From a virus (taxonomy: Duplodnaviria; Caudoviricetes), in IMG/VR virus record IMGVR_UViG_3300002966_000020, positions 1 to 47,171 of that record: DNA of 47,171 bases. The stretch is one strand, 5' to 3'. Each line of letters opens with the position of its first letter. Position 1 is the first letter of the stretch. The notes under the pieces were generated by a model, which saw only the letters and a program-made list of their open reading frames with translations, did no database searches and was not told the DNA's origin. The translations under genes were made by a program, and so were the position numbers. Shown here one piece after another: positions 19,345 to 28,785 of this stretch.

Positions 19345-20535
19345 TTACTGAAAAATTTGTCGTTTATACTGCTGAATTTCTTTTTTCCTATCATATTTAT
19401 ACTTACCATAGGGGTCATAGATACGGATAGGATTAATATCAATTCCACCTCGTCTTGTATAAAATAATCTTACACGCAACCATACAGGATCAAGTGAACG
19501 TATCAGATCATATGAAATTCGTTCACAGCATTCTTCATGAAATTCCTGATGATTACGGTACGAAACAAGGTAGCGATGCAAATCTTCAGGTTTCACAATT
19601 TTTTCCTTAGGTAAATATTCTATATATGCAACTGCCCAATCAGGTAAACCTGAAAACCTGCAATTACTTTTAAAACTTCTAGTAACAAATTTCTGTACAG
19701 GAGGTTTACGTACAGAAGATTTATAAGGAGATAGTTCAACAGGAATTGAACCTGTATATGTATAAACAAAATCTCTTGTATCAAGTTTATCTAAATTGAA
19801 ATAAGATTTTAAAGGCTTTTGTATTATTGATAAATCAGGTGGGTTTAACAATACATCTACTCTCGGAGCCCTTAGGGCATGTTTCAAATCATTAGAAATA
19901 ATCTTCACAAAATCTGCTGGTACAGATTGATTAAATGAGTTAAGATAAAGTTTAAGTGACTTACTTTCAACAATAGACTCTGATGTACTATCATAGATAA
20001 TGCGTATCTGAGATGTAGTCGGTTTACCTGTAGATGTAAGAGTTGAAAACTCATATGCATTCCATATGTCCACACCCTCCAATGGAAATGCATCAACATT
20101 ATATCCAATACTTTTACGTACAGGTCCTCTGTTAATTGAATACAACAAAGAAGGTGTATATGTAGAAATATAATTCGTATTTGCACCTAAACCAGATTCC
20201 TGTGCTTGTAATATCTCAAGTATCTTATCCAGATCTTTTTGTGCTTCTTTATATGAAATAGTGTTAGAAAGTAATGAAAATACTTTCTTTAAACCACACT
20301 TTAAACATAAGCACTCAATCCAGTTTTCCCATAACTTATCATAAATCCAAAAAGCAATTTCATTCTCAGTATACTTATCAAGTATTCTAAGATCTACAGT
20401 TGAGATTAGTTTTGCTAGTCCTTGTTTACTATACTTATAAAAAGGAATAAAAGATGTGCGAATACTAGCACCACAGTGCTTACACTTATACCCTTGTTTT
20501 CTTAGTGCTTTATACTTAGCATCCATACTATACAC
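19345..20535 (-). CDS. queF: preQ0 reductase QueF (bimodular type) with an extra N-terminal Cys4 domain
   Basis: DIWNAYEFS, QueF motif VESKSLKLYLNSFN, catalytic KSNC...PDWA, FHEECCERI, YTRRGGIDINP. Confidence 0.92.
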   Translation of the reverse strand: MYSMDAKYKALRKQGYKCKHCGASIRTSFIPFYKYSKQGLAKLISTVDLRILDKYTENEIAFWIYDKLWENWIECLCLKCGLKKVFSLLSNTISYKEAQKDLDKILEILQAQESGLGANTNYISTYTPSLLYSINRGPVRKSIGYNVDAFPLEGVDIWNAYEFSTLTSTGKPTTSQIRIIYDSTSESIVESKSLKLYLNSFNQSVPADFVKIISNDLKHALRAPRVDVLLNPPDLSIIQKPLKSYFNLDKLDTRDFVYTYTGSIPVELSPYKSSVRKPPVQKFVTRSFKSNCRFSGLPDWAVAYIEYLPKEKIVKPEDLHRYLVSYRNHQEFHEECCERISYDLIRSLDPVWLRVRLFYTRRGGIDINPIRIYDPYGKYKYDRKKEIQQYKRQIFQ

Positions 20536-20537
20536 CT

Positions 20538-21164
20538 CTATCTTGAAAAATCAGATATACGTTTTAAACTTAAAAGAAACTCATTTCTTGTTTCTTGTTC
20601 TATAAAACATCCATGTATCTCAGATGTAATACATGTTGAATTTACCTGTTGTGATCCACGGCATTGAATACAATTGTGAATACCCCTCACAATTACAATA
20701 CACCCTTTAGGTTTTACATATTCAACAAATGTATTAATAATTTCTTTTGTAAAGGTTTCCTGTAGCATAGGTTGCTGTGCAAGTATTGTAATAAACCGAC
20801 TTACTTTAGATAACCCTATTGCAGTTTCTTCTGGTACATAACCAAAATCAATTGAATACTTTACAGGTAAGAAATGGTGAGGACATAACGAGAAGCATGT
20901 AATATCAGTCTGCGTCACAATTCCTTGATATGTAGTAGGAAATGATTTAGCAAAAATATCCTTAAGTTCTTTATCTCTGCCTAATCCTTGACACATTTCT
21001 ACATACATCTTTGCAATACGGTGTGGTGTTTCTATAAAATTAGGGTCGGATAAATTTAGTGTAGGAAATATCTCAGCTAATCCTTCTAATAATAATTTTG
21101 AACCCTGCTCCATCTTTGAAAAACCTTTTAAATCTAAATATTTTTTGTATGGCATATTAAACAC
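20538..21164 (-). CDS. folE: GTP cyclohydrolase I
   Basis: ETPHRIAKMY, SLCPHHFLP, GLSK, LQE, HNCIQCRG. Confidence 0.95.
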   Translation of the reverse strand: MFNMPYKKYLDLKGFSKMEQGSKLLLEGLAEIFPTLNLSDPNFIETPHRIAKMYVEMCQGLGRDKELKDIFAKSFPTTYQGIVTQTDITCFSLCPHHFLPVKYSIDFGYVPEETAIGLSKVSRFITILAQQPMLQETFTKEIINTFVEYVKPKGCIVIVRGIHNCIQCRGSQQVNSTCITSEIHGCFIEQETRNEFLLSLKRISDFSR

Positions 21165-21780
21165 TCCTTACTTTTGTAGTTGCACGTTTGATTGATGTAA
21201 CTTCAGATGCAAAATTATCAATAATCTTTCTACCTATAAACTCAACTAGATTTCTATCTAAAAAACTCTCATTTGATTCAGTTACATTATTCTGAATTTC
21301 ATACATTTCCTTAAGGCTTATGATTTTAAGTGGCATATTTGGTGTAGGTAGGATATTAACAGCCGTATGAATAAGACCTGAAAAGGTATTACCTGTTGCT
21401 ATAGATACACTGAGTTTATATAAATCTTTATCATTAGGGTTCTTATACATTAAATCATCACCTAATTGAATAAGTCGTGTACCGAATACACCAAGATTAT
21501 CTAGCACATCTTTGATAATTGTTACAAGCTTGCGCTGGTATAGAACAGTTGTTTCAAGATTAATATGGAATAATTCTACAATAAAGTTTAATGCAAGAGT
21601 TGATTTAATATAATCACATTGTAAGACATCTTCCATATCTACCATGTGTGTGGATACATCCATTGCGCCTATAAATGCTATAATGCAGTCACCTGGTTCA
21701 TTAGTTTGTTCATAACACCACAAACTTCTTAATTGACGACCATCATAAGGGAGTGTATGTGGTAAAAAACATGTTTGCAT
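21157..21780 (-). CDS. DUF366 family protein (biotin/lipoate-ligase-like fold)
   Basis: YDGRQLRSLW, MVDMEDV, FIVE, QRKL, GDDLMY, KLSVSIAT, IHTAVNI; the likely start is ATG 21780 after AAGGAG (track start 21801). Confidence 0.85.
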   Translation of the reverse strand: MQTCFLPHTLPYDGRQLRSLWCYEQTNEPGDCIIAFIGAMDVSTHMVDMEDVLQCDYIKSTLALNFIVELFHINLETTVLYQRKLVTIIKDVLDNLGVFGTRLIQLGDDLMYKNPNDKDLYKLSVSIATGNTFSGLIHTAVNILPTPNMPLKIISLKEMYEIQNNVTESNESFLDRNLVEFIGRKIIDNFASEVTSIKRATTKVRSV

Positions 21781-21803
21781 TACTAATCTCCTTACACTCA
21801 AGT

Positions 21804-22529
21804 TTACTTATTTAATATATCAGAAGTGGTCTTTATTTCAAGAGGATCATGTAATCCTGCTAATTTAAACCCTTCGCTTCTACTTTGACAAGAAGCACAC
21901 TGCATACAAGGTCGTTTGGTTCCTTTATAACATGTCCATGTATGTTCAAAAGGTACTTTAAGTTTAGCACCTAATTTAATAATCTCTGTCTTAGATAATT
22001 GTAGTAAGGGCGCATAAATAATAAATTTTGTATCTGTAGATTTACTGCCAAGGTTAATTGTTTTTTCTACAGAATCCAAAAATACATTTCTACAATCTCT
22101 GTATACAGCATAATCACTGTTATTTGTCCCAATTAAAATAAATAATTCCTTTGGATTTCTAAAATATGTATCTCCGAAAGCAGCAGCGAGTGTAAGAAGA
22201 AATGTGTTTCTAAAAGGTACAATGGAATTTTCCGCATTTTTTAAACGCCGTTTGTTCCCAGTCACAAGTAAATCAGATTTTACAACAGATGTTAAGTCAA
22301 ACGTTATCTCATAGAAAGGAACTTTTAACAACTTACATTGACGCTTTGCACAAGCATATTCTTTTTTGTTATGGTTAGAACCATAATGTATATATAGACC
22401 AATAACATTCATTTGAAATACCTTAACAGCCTGGTGTAGTACAACAGTAGAATCAATTCCGCCAGAAAGTACAACAACAGCTTTCTTCCCAGCTAATTTT
22501 TTACTTGCAACTTTTTCATGTTTATTCAT
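21804..22529 (-). CDS. queC: 7-cyano-7-deazaguanine synthase
   Basis: PP-loop LSGGIDS, VPFRN, YRDCR, TWTCY, CMQCASC. Confidence 0.95.
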   Translation of the reverse strand: MNKHEKVASKKLAGKKAVVVLSGGIDSTVVLHQAVKVFQMNVIGLYIHYGSNHNKKEYACAKRQCKLLKVPFYEITFDLTSVVKSDLLVTGNKRRLKNAENSIVPFRNTFLLTLAAAFGDTYFRNPKELFILIGTNNSDYAVYRDCRNVFLDSVEKTINLGSKSTDTKFIIYAPLLQLSKTEIIKLGAKLKVPFEHTWTCYKGTKRPCMQCASCQSRSEGFKLAGLHDPLEIKTTSDILNK

Positions 22530-22552
22530 ATATTTTCTCCTTTATGATAAAA

Positions 22553-22963
22553 TTATATAAACCATTCTGCATACGCAGTAGGTGTTTCATATAAAGTAAC
22601 TTTGCAACATTGAAGACCGTATTGTTTTAATGCTAAATCAAGCTGTTTACCAATCCACACAACAAGATTTTCACATGTAGGTGGCTGTGGTAATTCAGGA
22701 TTATCATTTAAAAATGTATGATCTAGTTTTTGTATGATATGCTTATCTACAATTTCTTTCAAAACAGAAAAGTTAATTAGCATACCATTTTCAGGAATAG
22801 TATTTGAATCATCTAAAGCACACACAGTTACACGAAGAATTGCATTATGTCCATGAACATTTGTACAGTGGCCATATAGATCTTTGTTTACTGAATCAGA
22901 GTACTTCTCACAGTATAACTTGTGTCCGTACGAAAAAGAAAATTCTTTAGTGATTGTAATCAT
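22553..22963 (-). CDS. queD: 6-carboxy-5,6,7,8-tetrahydropterin synthase
   Basis: GHKL, CTNVHGHN, LDHTFLN, PTCENL, ETPT. Confidence 0.93.
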   Translation of the reverse strand: MITITKEFSFSYGHKLYCEKYSDSVNKDLYGHCTNVHGHNAILRVTVCALDDSNTIPENGMLINFSVLKEIVDKHIIQKLDHTFLNDNPELPQPPTCENLVVWIGKQLDLALKQYGLQCCKVTLYETPTAYAEWFI

Positions 22964-22986
22964 AATAATCCCCCTGTTATTATATT

Positions 22987-24234
22987 TTAAGATTTGTCAT
23001 TTGATGAAACAACAAATGCTGAAACAACTAGAAAATATGAATAATCTGGATGGTAGAAACCGATCGGCTTCTCATTACTATCACCTAGATAAATTATTGT
23101 ATTAATATTTTCTCCTTCAGAAAGTTGTGATATAATCGAAGATACATCACTTAAACTTAAACATGTTGAAAACTTAGCTTGTAATGGTTCTGTAATACTT
23201 ATAACAGGTACTTCCTCACAGCCTTTTCTCGAATTAGAAGTTGTAACTGTTTCAAATAGCATATAATCATCAGATTCAATACTGATTGATAGGAGTGAGC
23301 GCATAGTTAAATCAACAAATGGCGTAAGTAATCTTATAACAGATTTTAAATCACTTGTAAGTAACGCAACCTGTTGACTATATGATTTTGTTGCATCAAG
23401 CACAGGCATAAAGTTTGGAAATTGTGAAACATCTTTGATACTAGTGAGTATCCATATTGATACAGTACTATCTGGAATTGTAGTATAAAACACTATATGA
23501 TAAGTGTACAATTGCAGTGTAAGAGATAAATCTAACGAATCAAGTAGTTTAATAACTCGTTCAGGAAGAAAAAAAGGAGAAGGTACCACGCGTTTAACAC
23601 TATCATCTAATGTTAAATGTGCAAGTAACCTACTGTTAGTTGAACAGATACAAGAATTATCAATATAACAACCACTAAGAAACGCCCTTGCTGAATCTTT
23701 AGCAGAAGCAGGTAACAAAAGATCTGTTATTTTAGATAAAAGTGATTTATTTAAAACTAAAAACCCTCTTGTTTCTTGTGATTGTATTAACTGTTGAATA
23801 TCTGGCATATATGTAGAAGAATTAAAATAAGTAAGTTCATACTTCGTTCTATTACCTTTCTTAACGCCATAATCAATCTCAAGACAAGTGTTAGTAAAGA
23901 TAAACTTTACCTCATTTGAAGGTAATGAAGAAATGAAATTAACTAATACTTCTAGTTCAACAAATACTGTAAAACCATTTTCCAAAACTTGTTGATCATA
24001 TACTTGTAATGAAGTATATGGAACTTTTTCGATCTTGCAAATTTCTGAACCATTTTCTGTAGTAAAAACAAATTCTTGAGTGTTATATGATATCTGAATA
24101 TGATTATGTAATGTATTTAATGAACCTATATCAGTAACACCAAATATAGATGCGATTTTTAAACATCGTTGCAAGATTGCAGTGTTAAAAGAAACTTCCA
24201 GTAACCGATTAGTGGTCACTTTACATGTACTCAT
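22987..24234 (-). CDS. dnaN: DNA polymerase III beta-like sliding clamp
   Basis: ASAKDSARAFLSGCYI, STNSRLLA and FPNFMPVL match DnaN motifs; size fits three domains; directly after the polymerase. Confidence 0.7.
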   Translation of the reverse strand: MSTCKVTTNRLLEVSFNTAILQRCLKIASIFGVTDIGSLNTLHNHIQISYNTQEFVFTTENGSEICKIEKVPYTSLQVYDQQVLENGFTVFVELEVLVNFISSLPSNEVKFIFTNTCLEIDYGVKKGNRTKYELTYFNSSTYMPDIQQLIQSQETRGFLVLNKSLLSKITDLLLPASAKDSARAFLSGCYIDNSCICSTNSRLLAHLTLDDSVKRVVPSPFFLPERVIKLLDSLDLSLTLQLYTYHIVFYTTIPDSTVSIWILTSIKDVSQFPNFMPVLDATKSYSQQVALLTSDLKSVIRLLTPFVDLTMRSLLSISIESDDYMLFETVTTSNSRKGCEEVPVISITEPLQAKFSTCLSLSDVSSIISQLSEGENINTIIYLGDSNEKPIGFYHPDYSYFLVVSAFVVSSNDKS

Positions 24235-24252
24235 ATATCCTCCTACTGAATA

Positions 24253-27200
24253 TTATTTCTCCCATCTATCTGAAATTGATACATCCGCCTTAAGATCAAT
24301 TGTAATCTTTGGCAAATCTATTGTCATGTGTTCAACAAGTTTTTGTGCAACTTCTTCAACTTCGTCTTCTTTACACTCAACTAGTATACAGTCATGAACT
24401 ATACCTACTTGTAGTGCATCATGACCAGATTTATCTAGATAGGCTTGATTTTTTATCAAGCCAAAACCTGTGCAATCTGATGCAGTACCTTGTATTGGAG
24501 TATTCACAGCTTGTCGCAATGCACGCATTTTTGTTGCAGTATCACTACTGAAAACACTAGGTAAGTACCTTCTTCTACCATGCACAGTTTCAACATATCC
24601 ATGCTTTTGACAAAATCGCATTATATCATCAATCCATCTTTTTACATCTGGATATGATTGATAAAATCTATTAATAAATTCAGTTGCACGATCTAAATCA
24701 ATATTCAAACTTGTTGCTAATGAGTTAGCAGACATTTGGTACACAACACCAAAATTAATAGAGTTGTGACTGATGAAACCTGCTGTATTGTAATGATTAC
24801 CTTCTGGTACAAATAAATCGTATACTTGTTGTTTAGTTTCTTGCAATGATTCTACCTTCATAATCATATAATCTAGATATTGATTAACTTTATAATATTG
24901 AATACCTTTATTACATTTAATATCACTCATCTTCTTTCTTTCAGTAGAAATAACATGCATTTCTTCAATAACTTGTTCAATATCGTCAATTTGAAATTTC
25001 AATACGAAAGAATTAGTTGATTTAGTTTCAAATGAAGAAGCAATTCCAAAATTAAGTAATAACAGTAATTGAATATCTTTAAGCAATTGGGGTTCTATAT
25101 GTATAAGACATCTAGCTTCACTATTCCATAAACTATACATAACTATTTCAAGAAATGCTGCACAGGATTGTTTATCAATACGAAATACAAACTCAGGTAT
25201 CTTACTTTCTTGTAATACTTCTAAAACCTCAAGTAATGTATAAAATGTTTTATCATATGCAAATGATACAACATAACCATGTGACTTTTTATAATAAGAA
25301 AGAAACCCTTTTAATCCTGCTGCATTCAAATACTTTAAGAATAATTCATATATAGTCTTATCTTTTGCTTCAAAAATCACCTGTAAGTTCTTATTTACTA
25401 AAACACCATGTGTAAAAATAAAACCTAGAATACACGATTCAGCTATTCCTATTGTAGAAAATGCAGTAGAAAACATGGGAGGAATAACTCTACTATTGTG
25501 ATTAATTTCCATAGAAACAACAACATTGTTAGAATAGTTAGGAACACATCCCTGCAATACAACTTTATCTTCTACAGTTAATTCTTGTAATTCTTTATCT
25601 ATAAGTTGTTTTGTTAATGCATCTATTACATAGATTTTATGTGTCCGACTACCTGTTAAAGTAAAACCATTTTCAAGTGTTACAGTTATACAATCAACAA
25701 GACCACCATTATAAAACTGTGCTGCTTTTACAAATCTACCATCTGGATGTATGACATTGACATTTTGTATATCAACAAACTGCTCGGGTTGTCCTGGAGT
25801 AGTACAGATATCTTCTATACGTAGAAAACCTGATTCAACAGGAATTCTAGTACCTTGTGCTACACACTTTGCTGTAGTACGTAGTTCTTGATGCTTTGTA
25901 TCAGATTTGTTAAATTTTTCAACTGGTATGCCAAACATATTACAAGCTGTCAACGTGTGAAAGTCTACATCAGATTTAAATGCGGCCTGCATCTTTTTAT
26001 CTCCACTAACCATTGCAAGTATTCTAAGTTCCATCTGACTCAGGTCAGCTGCAATCAGTTTATAACCAGGTCTTGCCACAATCATATTTCGTATCTTATT
26101 ATCTCTTGGAACATTTTGTAGATTAGGATTAGCACAACTTAAACGCCCCGTAGCAGTTGTATGTTGTAAATACTGTGGATGTATGCGTTGTGTTAATGGA
26201 TGTATAAGTTTTTTAAATCCTTCAAGATAAGTTGTTGTTTGTTTTCGCAACAAACGATATTCTAATATTAAGTTAACTAAAGGTAATTGTGATTTTTCTG
26301 ATAACAAATGTAATGCTTCCTCATCAGTTGAAGGTGCGCCAGAAGGTGTTTTCTTTACTACAGGTAACTTTAACGTCTTATATAATAAATCTCGTAATTG
26401 TGTAGATGAATCAATATTAATATCCTTCCTTGTATGCTTTTTAAATTCTTTTACTATCTCCTCAATACGAGTGTTATTTTCTTTAATACAATTTTCTATA
26501 TATTCAAGATCTACCATAATACCATTTTCTTCAAGACGCATAAGTGCGTATGTGTAAGGTATAATAAGATTATAATATACATCTTCTTTCTGTTCTTGTT
26601 TTATCATTTGATTAAGCTTTTGATAACATCTATATGTTACATCAGCATCCATTGCAGAATAATACTGTAATGGAGTTAGGCCTAAACTATCTACTTTACT
26701 TTTAAACATTTTATAAGGCATGTTAGATATTTGTAATAGTTTCTCTGAGTATTGCAGATCAACCTGATTTTCTTTCTTTGAAATTATTGGGTTACTTTCT
26801 TTTGTATCTCGTACTAAAACCCGTTTAGGAGTTTGTCCAATATTTAAAAGTTTTTTTCTTGATTCTTCCCTTTCTAGGTCAAGTGTATTGATATCCGAAA
26901 ATTTTACCATAATACTTTCAATAACTTCTTCTATGTAAGCGGAATCATGATCTGTGCAATCAATTACATAATCCTGTTTTATATAAGTTTCTTGCTGAGG
27001 TGTACTAGATCCTTGAACTGCACTTTCATTTGTCTGTTGTATTTCATTAGATAAATTTGTTTCATGCTCAGTTTCTTCAGTTTTTTCTCTAGCTTGTTTT
27101 GTGCGTTTCTTTTGAAATTCTCCTATACCATGTTCTAAAATATCTTTGTAGCCACCTTCTTTAGTAAATATATATGACATTGTATCTAGTTTATATAGTG

Positions 27201-28134
27201 ATGTATCGGCTCCTTCAAACTGCATCGTCAGCAAGTGATAAGCAAGCATTGTATCAAATCTAAATCCTTTTACATCGAAACCACACCCATGTAAGAACTT
27301 GATGTCAAATTTCCCATTATGAAATATTTTTGTAATCTTTTCGTCAGCAAGTATCTGAGAAAAAAGATTAAGGTGGGGTAACATATTAGCCCATTCAATA
27401 TGTACCCCTTCACCTTCTTTTATACATAGTGAAATATCCGTAATCTTGTCAATTAAAAAATCTAATCCTGTTGTTTCTAAGTCAATTGCTACCACATTTG
27501 ATTTCTTTACTTGTTCTAGATATTTCTGTATTTCATATGTATGTGACAATGTTTTAGGTTGTGATGGTATATATCTACATAACGGTTTTCCAAGTGTATC
27601 TTGCACAAGTGCTAGGTCACTATAAAATTCTTCATAATACATTGAATCTGAATGTCGTAACAAGAATGCAGGGTGATATGTAGCAACAACATATGCATTT
27701 AGATAACTAGCATAATATACTCTACCCCGTGCTAAGTTTTGTTGTAATTTAAGTGGAAGTAACTGTCTCAATGCAACATTACCTAGTGCCAAGATAACTT
27801 TAGGTTGCATTTCTTGTATAATTTCATATGTAAAAGGTTTACAGGATTGTATTTCAAGTTGTGTTGGTGTACGATTACCTCCTTTTTCATCGATTGGCCT
27901 GCATTTCACAGCATTAGTAATAAAGTAATCAATATTCATTTGATCTAATGCTTCATTCAATATTTTTCCTGCTGCCCCGATAAATGGAGTACCTTGCTCA
28001 TCTTCATTTCTACCTGGGGCTTCACCAACAATTAGTAATTTAGAATGTAAATTTCCCCTACCCCTAATACAAGGGTTCTTTGCAGTTTTGTATAACCTGC
28101 ATTTCTCACAAAATGTAGTTAGTATCATATACAA
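24253..28134 (-). CDS. polA: family A DNA polymerase with N-terminal family-4 uracil-DNA glycosylase, 3'-5' exonuclease and an intein
   Basis: UDG: CEKCRL, GEAPG, NAVKCRP, TYHPA. Exonuclease: DLETTG, HNGKFD, YSAMDAD. Polymerase: TATGRLS, NLQNVP, DLSQMELR, K/SINFGVVY, NTPIQG, VHD. Confidence 0.95.
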   Translation of the reverse strand: MYMILTTFCEKCRLYKTAKNPCIRGRGNLHSKLLIVGEAPGRNEDEQGTPFIGAAGKILNEALDQMNIDYFITNAVKCRPIDEKGGNRTPTQLEIQSCKPFTYEIIQEMQPKVILALGNVALRQLLPLKLQQNLARGRVYYASYLNAYVVATYHPAFLLRHSDSMYYEEFYSDLALVQDTLGKPLCRYIPSQPKTLSHTYEIQKYLEQVKKSNVVAIDLETTGLDFLIDKITDISLCIKEGEGVHIEWANMLPHLNLFSQILADEKITKIFHNGKFDIKFLHGCGFDVKGFRFDTMLAYHLLTMQFEGADTSLYKLDTMSYIFTKEGGYKDILEHGIGEFQKKRTKQAREKTEETEHETNLSNEIQQTNESAVQGSSTPQQETYIKQDYVIDCTDHDSAYIEEVIESIMVKFSDINTLDLEREESRKKLLNIGQTPKRVLVRDTKESNPIISKKENQVDLQYSEKLLQISNMPYKMFKSKVDSLGLTPLQYYSAMDADVTYRCYQKLNQMIKQEQKEDVYYNLIIPYTYALMRLEENGIMVDLEYIENCIKENNTRIEEIVKEFKKHTRKDINIDSSTQLRDLLYKTLKLPVVKKTPSGAPSTDEEALHLLSEKSQLPLVNLILEYRLLRKQTTTYLEGFKKLIHPLTQRIHPQYLQHTTATGRLSCANPNLQNVPRDNKIRNMIVARPGYKLIAADLSQMELRILAMVSGDKKMQAAFKSDVDFHTLTACNMFGIPVEKFNKSDTKHQELRTTAKCVAQGTRIPVESGFLRIEDICTTPGQPEQFVDIQNVNVIHPDGRFVKAAQFYNGGLVDCITVTLENGFTLTGSRTHKIYVIDALTKQLIDKELQELTVEDKVVLQGCVPNYSNNVVVSMEINHNSRVIPPMFSTAFSTIGIAESCILGFIFTHGVLVNKNLQVIFEAKDKTIYELFLKYLNAAGLKGFLSYYKKSHGYVVSFAYDKTFYTLLEVLEVLQESKIPEFVFRIDKQSCAAFLEIVMYSLWNSEARCLIHIEPQLLKDIQLLLLLNFGIASSFETKSTNSFVLKFQIDDIEQVIEEMHVISTERKKMSDIKCNKGIQYYKVNQYLDYMIMKVESLQETKQQVYDLFVPEGNHYNTAGFISHNSINFGVVYQMSANSLATSLNIDLDRATEFINRFYQSYPDVKRWIDDIMRFCQKHGYVETVHGRRRYLPSVFSSDTATKMRALRQAVNTPIQGTASDCTGFGLIKNQAYLDKSGHDALQVGIVHDCILVECKEDEVEEVAQKLVEHMTIDLPKITIDLKADVSISDRWEK
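24763..25866 (-). mobile_element. intein (368 aa) in polymerase motif B, with degenerate LAGLIDADG endonuclease
   Basis: TTAK|CVAQGTRI...TGSRTHKI...VYDLFVPEGNHYNTAGFISHN|SINFG; splicing restores KSINFGVVY. Confidence 0.92.
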
Positions 28135-28137
28135 TAA

Positions 28138-28770
28138 CTACTCCGATTTAATGTAAGGATTTTGTAACTCTATGCACTCTAAATCTTCGCGTGAGAAAAA
28201 AATATTCCTAACACGTAAACCTTCTTCTAATCGTTTCCATTCAAAGTTAGGACCTGGACAAAAACTTTTTGGTTTATTAGAGTACTTCCTACCATTGTAG
28301 TTGTGACTAACTATACGGGTAATAGTAGGAAATGTAGGTAATAAGTAATCAAACAACAACCATATCAACTGATCATATTGTCGATCAAGATAAGGTACAC
28401 CATTTACTTTATGAGGATTTTCTAATTCAATTCCAACTGTTTCTGAATCATGCTTACCTGATGAAGAATGGTAAAACCATTTATCCAACGGCTCAATCTG
28501 CCTTATCATATCAATATCGTATTCTATTAAGAAATGGAATAATGCAATACCTTTTATATATTCCTCCCTTCTACCTCCATCTCGTACAAACTCATATGTG
28601 CCTAAACCAGCAGTCCCATGTATTACAACTTCTGTAATCGGTATATCAATCACTTTACCCGTCCATGACATTGTTTGTCGTGGAAAGCCCGGATGCCATT
28701 TCTTACGTATTGCTATATCTTCTACTATTTCATATTTCTGTGATGAGTTTATATTCTTGTTTTCTTTCAT
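28138..28770 (-). CDS. N-acetylmuramoyl-L-alanine amidase (Amidase_2), putative endolysin
   Basis: VVIHGTAG, FHFLI, TVGIEL, IVSH and CPG zinc-ligand pattern. Confidence 0.85.
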   Translation of the reverse strand: MKENKNINSSQKYEIVEDIAIRKKWHPGFPRQTMSWTGKVIDIPITEVVIHGTAGLGTYEFVRDGGRREEYIKGIALFHFLIEYDIDMIRQIEPLDKWFYHSSSGKHDSETVGIELENPHKVNGVPYLDRQYDQLIWLLFDYLLPTFPTITRIVSHNYNGRKYSNKPKSFCPGPNFEWKRLEEGLRVRNIFFSREDLECIELQNPYIKSE

Positions 28771-28785
28771 ATAAGTATCTCCTTG

